Below are positions 55,570 to 64,000 of a stretch of DNA of 64,000 nucleotides, in pieces. The stretch comes from a virus (Duplodnaviria; Caudoviricetes). The stretch lies in IMG/VR virus record IMGVR_UViG_3300028631_000429, positions 6,385-70,384 of that record, one strand, 5' to 3'. The position numbers and the translations under genes were made by a program. The first letter of the stretch is position 1, and each line of letters opens with the position of its first letter. The notes below the pieces were generated by a model. That model saw only the letters and a list, made by a program, of their open reading frames with translations, had not been told where the DNA came from and did no database searches.

Positions 55570-56019
55570 TTATATAAAACCTATAAATTTTAGAATGTAT
55601 GCAGGCAGAAAGCCTACAGTCAATATGGGCAGCAAGGGCATTTCAGCATGGAGATTCCATGGTTTCTTTTTGCGCTGTAAATGGTTCATTGCTATTTTCC
55701 ATAGGCATATTCCTATGGGAAGCGGCAGGGCAAAGGCAAATGCCCAAATAGAAGCATTTACCCCCAGCATTGAACAAGCAGCGGCAATGAATTTAACATC
55801 CCCTCCGCCCATATGTTTTTCATCAATCCATGCAACAATAAAAAACGGCAGTGCAAGGAATCCCCCCCATAGGTTGACAGGGCTGAAATTAATCAGCCCT
55901 GTCAAAAATATTAGGATGCAGATGCCATCGGGTACCATTCTTTTTTTTAAATCCCATCCGGCAGCTGCTATAAGCAGAGAACAAAAAAGCACCGCCTGAA
56001 GGGTGCTGTTAGCCTGCAT
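55570..56019 (-). CDS. A24 prepilin peptidase (TadV/CpaA)
   Basis: WDLKKRMVPD and MGGGDVKF catalytic aspartates; multi-TM. Confidence 0.88.
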   Translation of the reverse strand: MQANSTLQAVLFCSLLIAAAGWDLKKRMVPDGICILIFLTGLINFSPVNLWGGFLALPFFIVAWIDEKHMGGGDVKFIAAACSMLGVNASIWAFAFALPLPIGICLWKIAMNHLQRKKKPWNLHAEMPLLPILTVGFLPAYILKFIGFI

Positions 56020-56293
56020 AGTTAAACATTTCCTTGATACGCTGTACCAGCGTTGGAAGCACAGTACCCTCAAGCAGTGCATAAAGACCCGCAAGGAGCA
56101 ATGCCCCAAGTACAACGGCAATCAAAATTTTCACTGCTGTGTCGATATAGCCTTCCCCTCGATTGCTGGCAAGTACGGCTCTGCTTCTTACCTTGAAGAT
56201 CTGCAGTTTTCCAGACAGAGAGTGAATACTCGTGTTAATAGAATTTACAGTTTGGGTGATCCTTTTTTTCATATTGCTAATGAGCTTTTTCAT
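56009..56293 (-). CDS. DUF6133-like Flp-type major pilin
   Basis: Long basic leader, NRG|EGYID, hydrophobic helix, short C-terminus. Confidence 0.8.
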   Translation of the reverse strand: MKKLISNMKKRITQTVNSINTSIHSLSGKLQIFKVRSRAVLASNRGEGYIDTAVKILIAVVLGALLLAGLYALLEGTVLPTLVQRIKEMFNYAG

Positions 56294-56325
56294 CGTGATA
56301 ATCTCCTTTATATTTCATATTTTAT

Positions 56326-59300
56326 TTACTCAAAATGATAAGTTACAGAGTAGGTGATATTACTTTTGTTGTACATACAGTTGTGATTCGTGTAATAGTA
56401 AAATTCCAGCTGAGTATACACTCCTGCACCAAGGGTACGGCTGAATGTGATGCCGTTTGAAGTAGTGCCATAGTCCAGCTGATCCCACTGTCCGGTAAGT
56501 TTGTTTAAGCCTCGCACTCTGCCAAAGTCAGAACCGCTATGACCGGAAACAGGCGGAACTGTGAATGTGTATTCAGTGATGGTAGCACCTTCAAGACCAT
56601 TTTCTAAAATAACTGAATCAGGGCCGGTCAGTGTCATGCCTCCGCTGCCGTTTGAATCGGCTACAAAGAACACAATAGCTGCCCAAGGTGATTCAGCTCC
56701 TGCCGTATCTACAGCTTTTACTCGTACCAAATTTCTTCCAAGAGGATAAGCTTGTGTTTCGGCATTTCTGTTTTCCCAAACAAGGGTTACTGCATCGCCA
56801 TCTGGGTCTGAGCTTGTGGCTTTGATGGTGACAGGGGTTCCCGGTGCAACGCTGTTGCCGCTTGGCGTTCTGGTGATAACCGGTGTTGTAGGTGCGGAGT
56901 TTGCAATGGTGAAAGTCTTGGATGCCCATTCCGAATATAGCCCTGTACTGTCTTTCGCACGGACACGAATTGTATGAGTGCCTACGGTGTAGTAATTGTC
57001 TGCGATTTTGTTTTCCCATTCCAAGGTGGTCTGGTCGCCGTCAGCATCAATTGCCGTTGCAGTGATATCTACGAAAAACTTGCCGTCTTTAGCAATTCTG
57101 GTAGGTGTTGCTGTCAGTGTTACCGCAGGTGCGGAACTTGTGATAGTGAAGCTTTTTTCCGTCCAAGCAGAATATGCTCCTGCAATATCCTTTGCCCTGA
57201 CACGGATGGTGTGAGTACCTGGTACATAATAGCCGTCAGCAGTCGCACCATCATATTCCATGGTCACTGCATCTCCATCAGGATCTGTTGCATTGGCTTT
57301 AATTTCGACAAAAAATTTACCATCCTTTACAGTCCGGGTAGGGGTTGCCGTTACTGTTGGCGCATCGGGGGGAGTGTTGGTAACTGTGATATTTTCGGAG
57401 TGGCTAATGGTTCGACCAGCACTGTCGGTAATGGTTGCGGTCAGCATAAAAACGCCTACATCATGAATGGAAATATTGCCTCCACTGTTATCAAGACTAC
57501 CTTGAAAGGCAGTATCAATGCCGTCTTTTCTCAGCATCCAGATTGCGGTATAACCTTCAATATGCTGTGCATCTTTGGGGACTACAGTGAAGCTTGTACC
57601 ATAGTGAATTGTTTCGGGGATCGTAAAGGCGTACTGTATCACCGGTAAAATAGTTATACTTTGGCTGTTAGTATAGCTGCGGTCAAGATAGTCAGTCATG
57701 GCAGCGGTAAGGACATATTCTCCATGAGCTTTAAAGGTAATTTTACCGCCTTGTGCATTCAGATTTCCGCTGAATGCTTCGCTTAGGGAAATGTTTTTAC
57801 CATCTTTTTTTACTGTCCATTCTACCGGAAGCACATTGTTATTTCCGAAGGTGCGGAGATCAATGGATGTGTCTGTATAGGCAAGTTCCGGAAGTTCAAA
57901 TCCAATTGTCAATACCGGTAAAACTTCACATCTGCTGCCTGATTCAAATAAGAATACTCTGCCTGTTTCATCAGTGACCCTTGCTACTAATTCATAGACA
58001 CCAGCTCGCTTAAATCGAATAGTACCGCCGCTGTTGGCAAGGCTTCCACCTACATAGGTGCCCCAATCCTGAAAGCCGTAGGTGTTATCCACCAGCCATT
58101 CAATAGCAAGGCCGTCCAGATCGGCAATGTCGGTTTCAACCGCAATATCAGCATCAGTATGAGCATGCCTTGGCAGGCTATAGCCTACGGTCGGAACTGG
58201 ATATACCTTGAAGCTTTGTTCATAGCTGTAGCTTCTGCCGCCATCATCGGTAAATTTCGCCTTTAGAAGATAGCTGCCCTTCTCCTTAAATTGCAGATTA
58301 CCTCCCGAATTGGTGAGCGTACCTGTGGCTGCATCTGATAGGGTAATCTCCTTTCCGTTATGGGTTAATGACCAGTAGGCGGCATGACTGCCGATTTCAT
58401 CAAATACAGCTTCCACTGTAACGGCCTTATCTGTATGGAAGATTTCAGGCAGATAAAATCCGGCTGAGCCAACAGGGTATACCGTGATAGTGGCTGTATC
58501 AGCAAACACTCTGCCCGTGATATCGGTAACAGATGCGGTCAGCGTGTACACACCTTTTTCCTTAAAGCGAATACTGCCGTTAGCAAGGTTTCCTTCTATA
58601 AATGTACTAATATCGGCAGGCTCACCGTTTCGAGTCAATGTGTAAGCTACGGATAAGTCATCCGTTTCCTTGGTTTCTGTCTCTATTGCTACTGTTTTAT
58701 CTGTATGGGAAACAGCAAGCAGTTCAAGCTTTACTTCTGCCACAGGGTAGACGGTGATGGTATCGGAGGCCTTGACCGTTTTTCCAAGTTCGTCTGTAAT
58801 AGAAGCGGTCAGGATATAAATGCCTTTTTCTTTGAACAACACTGTGCCGCCTTGAGGGTTTAGTTCTCCTGTGAGAGCATCAATGATTTCTACAGCTACA
58901 CCGTCTTTTTCCAAAGACCACACCACTGCTTTACTTCCGAGGTTTTCGGTTGAAAGCTCTACAGCAACAGCAGTATCGGTGTGTGCTGTTTCAGGCAGCT
59001 TAAAATCAGCTGAAACCATTGGATAAACAGTGATAGCCTGTTCATAATTTGCCGCCACACCTCGACTGTTTTTAACAGTGGCTATTAGAGTAAAACTACC
59101 GGTTTGTAAAAACTGTACTGTACCTCCATCGGCTGTCAGCTCGCCTTCGATAATATCTGTTAGTACCGCTGGAAGTCCGTCTTTTTGAACTGTCCATATA
59201 ATACTGCTGACATAGCGGCTGTTTGCTTCAACCTTAATTTCATCGGCTGTATAGGTAGCTTCGGGAAGGATGAAGGAAAACTGAGGGGCTGGCACATAGG

Positions 59301-60021
59301 AAGAACCTCCATTACCAGAAGGCTTTTCCTCCGGTTTTATGACTGGCTGTTTTTCCGATTCTTCTTTTTTTATCTGTTCCTTAGCTTTTTCTGTATCCAC
59401 TAACATTTCAAAAGCTTCACCACGAGTGGCATTCTTATCGGGACGAACCGTACCGTCTGGATATCCATCTATAATGTGGTAGTGCTTGCTGGTACAGATG
59501 TATTCCTTTTCTTCCCCACTAAGCTGACTTTCATCTATAAATCCAAGCATACATGGACAGGATGGGTCATGGCTTTCCTTGCCCATGGCTCTGACCAGCA
59601 TACGGATCATTTCCATACGGGTGATAGGTTTATCAGGTAAAAACTTATTACCAAAATCACCTTTTTGGATAATCCCTGCAATGACAAGAGCCTCTACATC
59701 AGACTTAGACCAGTGTCCTGCAATATCAGTAAAGCTGATTGTGATATCCTGCCCGTCAGGCTTCGGCAGTTCCATCGTTCTTGTTATCAGAGCTGCAAAT
59801 TCCGCTCTTGTAATAATATTATCTGGGTGAACCAGCCCATCGGGATAGCCAGCAATTACACCCTTTTCTGCAAGGATATTAATTGCTTCCTCTGCCCAAT
59901 GCCCCTTGGCATCTTCAAAGTATCGATGAGCCGCATAAGCACTCCCTGCAAATAAAGAAAGTACTACGCAAAAAATCAGTAAAATACTGGTGGGTCTTTT
60001 AACTTTTGTACTCATTAGCAA
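56326..60021 (-). CDS. SLH-anchored surface protein with tandem Ig-like repeats
   Basis: Signal peptide, three SLH-like repeats (GHWAEEAI, ITRAEFA), about six LPE..HTD repeats, three ATDxDGD repeats. Confidence 0.9.
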   Translation of the reverse strand: MLMSTKVKRPTSILLIFCVVLSLFAGSAYAAHRYFEDAKGHWAEEAINILAEKGVIAGYPDGLVHPDNIITRAEFAALITRTMELPKPDGQDITISFTDIAGHWSKSDVEALVIAGIIQKGDFGNKFLPDKPITRMEMIRMLVRAMGKESHDPSCPCMLGFIDESQLSGEEKEYICTSKHYHIIDGYPDGTVRPDKNATRGEAFEMLVDTEKAKEQIKKEESEKQPVIKPEEKPSGNGGSSYVPAPQFSFILPEATYTADEIKVEANSRYVSSIIWTVQKDGLPAVLTDIIEGELTADGGTVQFLQTGSFTLIATVKNSRGVAANYEQAITVYPMVSADFKLPETAHTDTAVAVELSTENLGSKAVVWSLEKDGVAVEIIDALTGELNPQGGTVLFKEKGIYILTASITDELGKTVKASDTITVYPVAEVKLELLAVSHTDKTVAIETETKETDDLSVAYTLTRNGEPADISTFIEGNLANGSIRFKEKGVYTLTASVTDITGRVFADTATITVYPVGSAGFYLPEIFHTDKAVTVEAVFDEIGSHAAYWSLTHNGKEITLSDAATGTLTNSGGNLQFKEKGSYLLKAKFTDDGGRSYSYEQSFKVYPVPTVGYSLPRHAHTDADIAVETDIADLDGLAIEWLVDNTYGFQDWGTYVGGSLANSGGTIRFKRAGVYELVARVTDETGRVFLFESGSRCEVLPVLTIGFELPELAYTDTSIDLRTFGNNNVLPVEWTVKKDGKNISLSEAFSGNLNAQGGKITFKAHGEYVLTAAMTDYLDRSYTNSQSITILPVIQYAFTIPETIHYGTSFTVVPKDAQHIEGYTAIWMLRKDGIDTAFQGSLDNSGGNISIHDVGVFMLTATITDSAGRTISHSENITVTNTPPDAPTVTATPTRTVKDGKFFVEIKANATDPDGDAVTMEYDGATADGYYVPGTHTIRVRAKDIAGAYSAWTEKSFTITSSAPAVTLTATPTRIAKDGKFFVDITATAIDADGDQTTLEWENKIADNYYTVGTHTIRVRAKDSTGLYSEWASKTFTIANSAPTTPVITRTPSGNSVAPGTPVTIKATSSDPDGDAVTLVWENRNAETQAYPLGRNLVRVKAVDTAGAESPWAAIVFFVADSNGSGGMTLTGPDSVILENGLEGATITEYTFTVPPVSGHSGSDFGRVRGLNKLTGQWDQLDYGTTSNGITFSRTLGAGVYTQLEFYYYTNHNCMYNKSNITYSVTYHFE

Positions 60022-60027
60022 TCCTCC

Positions 60028-60408
60028 TTACATTCCGGCCATTTGCTGGCTTCGTTCCTGTTCAGGGGCTTCCTGCATCTGTTCCTTGGACTGCTTTTGT
60101 GCCATTGTTTGCTCATAGGCAGATAGTACTGCCTTGTCAAAGGCTTGTTTTGCTTCCTTGGTGCAGGGAAAGCAGATGTCTTTGTATTCGCCGTTTTGCC
60201 CTTTATATTGGGGCATGGATACAAACAGGCCTTTTGTGCCCTCTAAAATACGGACTTTAGACACGGCAAAAAACCCATTGATATTGACCGATGCATTGGC
60301 TTTCAGTGCGCCATCTGTTTTTACCGGATAAATGCGTACATCAAAATCCATCGGTGTTTCTTGAAACTGTTCCTTTTGGGGAACAGCCGGTGTTGCTTTT
60401 TTTGGCAT
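60028..60408 (-). CDS. spoVG: SpoVG-family nucleic-acid-binding protein
   Basis: LKANASVNING, GTKGLFVSMP, GEYKDICFP. Confidence 0.88.
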   Translation of the reverse strand: MPKKATPAVPQKEQFQETPMDFDVRIYPVKTDGALKANASVNINGFFAVSKVRILEGTKGLFVSMPQYKGQNGEYKDICFPCTKEAKQAFDKAVLSAYEQTMAQKQSKEQMQEAPEQERSQQMAGM

Positions 60409-60420
60409 AACTTCTTCCTC

Positions 60421-60999
60421 CTAAAATGATTGTGACATGGACTCTGCCATGCCCTGTGTTTGACTGCCTTCTTCAAAAGCAATCTGTTTAAATCCAAAAC
60501 GATCACAGTAATGGAATTCGCTGCCTTCCTCGTTATAAAGCTCTACCACATCGGACATGGACAGCGAATGTCCCTTATATCCAGAGGGATGATTTGTATT
60601 GCAGCGGCTATAAATGGCTTCAAGATCGTTTGTTCCAAGCTGACCATCATAAACGATGTTGTAATGTTCCGGAGCAGGCTCTCCAAACTGATTTGTCATT
60701 TCATCTAAGCTGATGAATTTCATATACACATCCGTATCGGGCTTTAGCTGCCAGATACGAACACTTTTCAGCGGTGCAGCGGCTTCCATACTACCTGTCA
60801 ATTGCTCTCCCGCAAGAAGCCGTTCCATAACACCGTCCGTCCACTGGGGAACAAGATCATGATCCTGAAGCCAGCTTACAAATTCCTCATTTTTGAAGAT
60901 AGAATCCACGACAGCATTTCCCTTATCGGTATATCCCGCCGGATTGCCATAATAGGAAATGAGGCTGCCTTTTTTCGTAATCCCTTGCATTTTCTTCAC
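60421..60999 (-). CDS. YodL-domain protein
   Basis: LEAIYSRCNTNHPSGYKGHSLSMSDVV, YCDRFGF. Confidence 0.85.
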   Translation of the reverse strand: MKKMQGITKKGSLISYYGNPAGYTDKGNAVVDSIFKNEEFVSWLQDHDLVPQWTDGVMERLLAGEQLTGSMEAAAPLKSVRIWQLKPDTDVYMKFISLDEMTNQFGEPAPEHYNIVYDGQLGTNDLEAIYSRCNTNHPSGYKGHSLSMSDVVELYNEEGSEFHYCDRFGFKQIAFEEGSQTQGMAESMSQSF

Positions 61000-61060
61000 C
61001 TGCCTTTAATCTAAAGCCACTAACGGAAAGTTAAAGCATCAATTTTAAGCTTCTGCCTTA

Positions 61061-61648
61061 TTAATTATTAAAAATTTCTCCTTGCCCGTAGATAACTTCC
61101 TCCAACATGATAAGTTCATCCAGCTTAGCGAGGCAGATACCGGCTGAAGCAAGAATTGCAAGTATGCCGGAAGGCACATCGGTAATATCTTCTTGGATAT
61201 CTGCTTCTACAACAGTAATCCCACCGCTATCCTCATTGGCATAGGCTTCTAACTTGGCATCTGCCGGGATACCAGCTTCCTCCAAGACATAATCAGGAAT
61301 ATGGATATCATCGCTTCCATCCATTAAACTCTGACAAAGCTCGCAATGGGCTAACCACTTCTTAGGTGTATCCTGACAGTCGTCAGAATCTTTGCAATTA
61401 CAAACATCTCCGCAGTTGTCGCAGAAACCGCAGGCCTGTGCCAGTATTACGGTCAGGTCGGAAGCAAGTGCACTAAGGGTATCTATTACATTTACAAGTT
61501 CCAGCACCGTCATTTCACCGTTTACAATTACGCAGACATTATCGCCGGTGATAACATCCATCACCCCAGTATCAGCAAGGGATGTTCCATCCAGAATTTC
61601 TTCAAGGATGTCCTGTTCTGCTATTTTCTTTTTCTGATTTTTCTTCAT
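61061..61648 (-). CDS. AbrB-like protein with Cys-rich insertion
   Basis: IPDYVLEEAGIPADAKLEAY swapped-hairpin pattern; CGFCDNCGDVCNC...CELC. Confidence 0.6.
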   Translation of the reverse strand: MKKNQKKKIAEQDILEEILDGTSLADTGVMDVITGDNVCVIVNGEMTVLELVNVIDTLSALASDLTVILAQACGFCDNCGDVCNCKDSDDCQDTPKKWLAHCELCQSLMDGSDDIHIPDYVLEEAGIPADAKLEAYANEDSGGITVVEADIQEDITDVPSGILAILASAGICLAKLDELIMLEEVIYGQGEIFNN

Positions 61649-61694
61649 GAATATATTCCTCCGTTAAAATATTTGCCCAATTGCAAGGGCTGTG

Positions 61695-62561
61695 TTACTC
61701 ATCATCTGTCATAAGTCCAGATATCCCCGCATCAAATAGATTCATCTGTGATGGGATGCTTAAGCCACGCTCCTGCATATCGTAATTAGCGATAAGGATT
61801 TCAGGAAACTGCGCACCGCCGTCATATCGCTGCTTGATGTTATTGATGCGGGTATAGGCATCAATTTGTATACCTGGTGCATCGTAGAGCCCTCTGATAA
61901 ATTCACAATCGTTGTAGGAAAGCAGGAATTTGCCCTGGGCATTCATCAGGGTATCCCTTAAGCGAATGTGATCTTTTTCAGTAAATCCATCCTCTCCAAC
62001 ATTTTTATAGTAGCCTTCGGTTTCAAAGTAAGGCGGATCGCAATAGAAAAAACTCACCGGCCGATCATACTGCCTGATGAGCTTTTCAAAGTCCTTATTT
62101 TCAATTACTACCTTTGCAAGCCTGCGATGAGCCTGTTCAATCAGCGGAAAATTGCCCCAGATATCATGGGGCTGGCTGCCAAAACTGGTTAGCCCTGAGG
62201 CATAGCTATAGCGGATGAGCTGATAGAACCATGCCGCCTTTTGCACGTCTGTCGCAGGGCTATCTCGGGCGAGACAGTTTTTTACATAGTCAAAATCCTC
62301 TCTGGAATTAAGGCAATACCGTAGAGCATCTATCAGCTCATTTGGTTTGTCCCTTACACAACGATAGAGATTGACAAGCAAGCTGTTAAAATCGTTGTAG
62401 ACTTCAAAATCATTGCCGGGATTCTTATGAAATAGTATCCAACCGGCTCCGCCGAACACTTCGATGTAGCGCTCGTAGTAAAGGGGAAAGAGATTTACAA
62501 TCAATTCACGAAGTGATTTCTTTCCGCCTATCCAAGACATGAAGCTATTCAGAGACTTCAC
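61695..62561 (-). CDS. Dam-like (D12 class) adenine methyltransferase
   Basis: WIGGKK, EVFGGAG, YNDFN, YCDPPY. Confidence 0.92.
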   Translation of the reverse strand: MKSLNSFMSWIGGKKSLRELIVNLFPLYYERYIEVFGGAGWILFHKNPGNDFEVYNDFNSLLVNLYRCVRDKPNELIDALRYCLNSREDFDYVKNCLARDSPATDVQKAAWFYQLIRYSYASGLTSFGSQPHDIWGNFPLIEQAHRRLAKVVIENKDFEKLIRQYDRPVSFFYCDPPYFETEGYYKNVGEDGFTEKDHIRLRDTLMNAQGKFLLSYNDCEFIRGLYDAPGIQIDAYTRINNIKQRYDGGAQFPEILIANYDMQERGLSIPSQMNLFDAGISGLMTDDE

Positions 62562-62883
62562 CCCCCTCCTTAAAGGGCAGTCTGATCTGGGCTTTGTCAA
62601 AATCCGAAAGTGAGCGATTCAGCCCTCGGATGGCGGCGCTGATACCGGCAATCCTCCGCCTCATATGCCGGATAGTGGCTCGCAGCTCATTTTCTGTTTT
62701 TGCATAGTAATAGCCGCTTTGATCACTGGCAATGGGAATTGCTTCACGGCGCAGGATATTAATAAGGTCACGAAGCTCCTTGCCGTTTACACGGAATATC
62801 AACTCCAGCTCTCGGCTTAGGATGGCATTTTCCTTGCCAAGATGATAATCCTTCAGATATTCTGCAAGCTGATCTTTGTCCAT
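62545..62883 (-). CDS. Winged-HTH hypothetical protein
   Basis: SRELELIFRVNGKELRDLINILRREAIPIAS...GYYYA. Confidence 0.7.
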   Translation of the reverse strand: MDKDQLAEYLKDYHLGKENAILSRELELIFRVNGKELRDLINILRREAIPIASDQSGYYYAKTENELRATIRHMRRRIAGISAAIRGLNRSLSDFDKAQIRLPFKEGGEVSE

Positions 62884-62933
62884 TCTTGCCTCCTTTCCGA
62901 CCGCTTGCCCGAAAGAAAAACAAGATAGAAAGT

Positions 62934-63026
62934 AAAAAAAGCAAGACCGCTTTCTTTTGGGAAAACGGCCTTACTTTTTTGATTGATATATGAAAACACC
63001 GGCTGTTATACCGGTGCTATTTCATC
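62934..63026 (-). terminator. Two hairpins after the SLOG gene
   Basis: ACACCGG/CCGGTG IR at about 62991-63026 and an imperfect stem with A/T runs at about 62934-62980. Confidence 0.4.
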
Positions 63027-63035
63027 TTTGTTTAC

Positions 63036-63548
63036 TTATTTATATAGATTGATAATCTCAAGGCTTTCCTTTTCTGCCATACGAACGGTTTGTGCAGTAC
63101 CGCTTCTGGCTTGTCTATTCCAGTAACATATGATTCTGCTGCTGTGTTCCACCATATATTGATTTCGCTGTGCGTAGCATCTGATATTGTAATGGGTGTT
63201 TAAGGTGATGACTTCATCGCATTTAGGCATGATTTCATAATATAATTCATGATCGGCTATTGAGTATCTTACAGCCTGTTCTTCATAAGGAATTACTGCA
63301 ATCAGACGAATATATCGTGGATTATCAAAATCAATCACTGTTTTCTTTTTAATCACTTCCTCTGCAACCATAAGATCCCACCCATAAGCACCTCCAAATA
63401 TAAAGGTGTTGTATCCATCTTTTATTGCTTTTTCAATTTCTTCTGACATTCTTATTCTCAAATGCTCCAGAGCTTCTCCTTTCGGAAGTCTTTCACTTCG
63501 ATGCCCGGTAAAGCATACTGTTTTTTCTCTGATGAGTTTCCGCTTCAC
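63036..63548 (-). CDS. YpsA/DUF1273 SLOG-family protein
   Basis: VCFTGHRS, FGGAYGWD, RNQYMVE, SGTAQTV; GTG 63548 behind GGAGG. Confidence 0.85.
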   Translation of the reverse strand: MKRKLIREKTVCFTGHRSERLPKGEALEHLRIRMSEEIEKAIKDGYNTFIFGGAYGWDLMVAEEVIKKKTVIDFDNPRYIRLIAVIPYEEQAVRYSIADHELYYEIMPKCDEVITLNTHYNIRCYAQRNQYMVEHSSRIICYWNRQARSGTAQTVRMAEKESLEIINLYK

Positions 63549-63601
63549 ATGTAATCCTCCAGTCATATTATTCATTTTGTATATGGATACACTCCATACA
63601 C

Positions 63602-63630
63602 AGTATAATCAACATGACTATCACAGTCAA
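63602..63630 (-). promoter_or_regulatory. Sigma-A promoter for the leftward ICE operon
   Basis: Minus strand TTGACT-N17-TATACT; flanked by inverted ATATGGATA (63581) / TATCCATAT (63659), possible operator halves. Confidence 0.75.
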
Positions 63631-63676
63631 CCAATAGGGATATAATTTATATTGACAATATCCATATTGGGAAGGA

Positions 63677-64000
63677 GTGATATTCATAGAACGCTTAAAA
63701 CAGCTCAGGGAAGCTAAAAACCTGACACAGCTTCGACTTGCAATGGAACTCAATGTGTCACAGGAAACTATCAGCGGCTACGAGATCGGAAAAGCGGTAC
63801 CGCCTGCGGAAATGCTTATTAAGCTCGCTGATACCCTTGATACTTCAGTGGACTATATTCTTAGCAGAACCGACATAAAATCCACACTTCGGGCTTCCGA
63901 GCTCAGTGAGCAGGAGGCAGAGATACTTACAATTCTTCGTAAACAACCGGAGGATAAAAGGGTCTTTGTATTTGATTTAATAAAAGGACTTGAAAAATAG
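63677..64000 (+). CDS. XRE-family HTH repressor
   Basis: RLKQLREAKNLTQLRLAMELNVSQETISGYEIG; divergent from the leftward operon. Exact start uncertain. Confidence 0.9.
   Translation: MIFIERLKQLREAKNLTQLRLAMELNVSQETISGYEIGKAVPPAEMLIKLADTLDTSVDYILSRTDIKSTLRASELSEQEAEILTILRKQPEDKRVFVFDLIKGLEK

Larger units (their letters stand above)
5276..64000. mobile_element. Integrative conjugative element (serine recombinase triplet, MobP3/MobL relaxase, VirB4/VirD4, Tad pilus); right end outside the window
   Basis: Integration, regulation, relaxase, coupling protein and mating-pair modules all present. Left boundary inferred from the inverted repeat. Confidence 0.9.

Noticed and set aside
56326-60021. Diversity-generating retroelement target or template repeats in the surface protein
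   Set aside because: Repeats are diverged protein-level duplications without adenine-specific differences, and no reverse transcriptase is present.
3532-63753. The many short ORFs antisense to or overlapping long genes in the ORF track
   Set aside because: No RBS, no recognisable motifs, typical shadow frames; only 39993-40418 encodes a recognisable functional segment and was kept.

Overview
Clostridial (Firmicutes) window dominated by a large integrative conjugative element (ICE), about 5.3 kb to beyond the right edge. Left to right: (1) a complete qatABCD anti-phage operon plus gene remnants, lying outside a candidate attachment site; (2) a three-gene large serine recombinase integration module, an apparently antitoxin-less MazF/PemK toxin, a roughly 480-nt highly structured non-coding region, and a sigma-70 region 4/HTH regulatory switch; (3) a 12.5-kb plus-strand defence cluster (Lamassu/ABC-3C, type III-like Mod/Res, GmrSD-like nuclease, Macro-HTH, GIY-YIG-like, vWA); (4) the conjugation backbone (VirD4, toprim, MobP3/MobL relaxase with Sel1 repeats, oriT candidate, M23 peptidase, VirB4, PrgI-like, VirB6-like, VirB2-like) interrupted by an amidoligase/GGCT pair, a C5 methyltransferase with a nested alternative-frame subunit gene, and an inverted BlaI/BlaR1-like cassette; (5) a full Tad/Flp pilus locus, an SLH-anchored adhesin, and an early operon (SLOG, wHTH, Dam-like MTase, AbrB-like, YodL, SpoVG) divergent from an XRE repressor. 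No rRNA, tRNA, CRISPR array or reverse transcriptase was seen. Family assignments come from motif recognition by eye, not database searches. Several CDS starts were moved from the ORF track to the codon with a good RBS.
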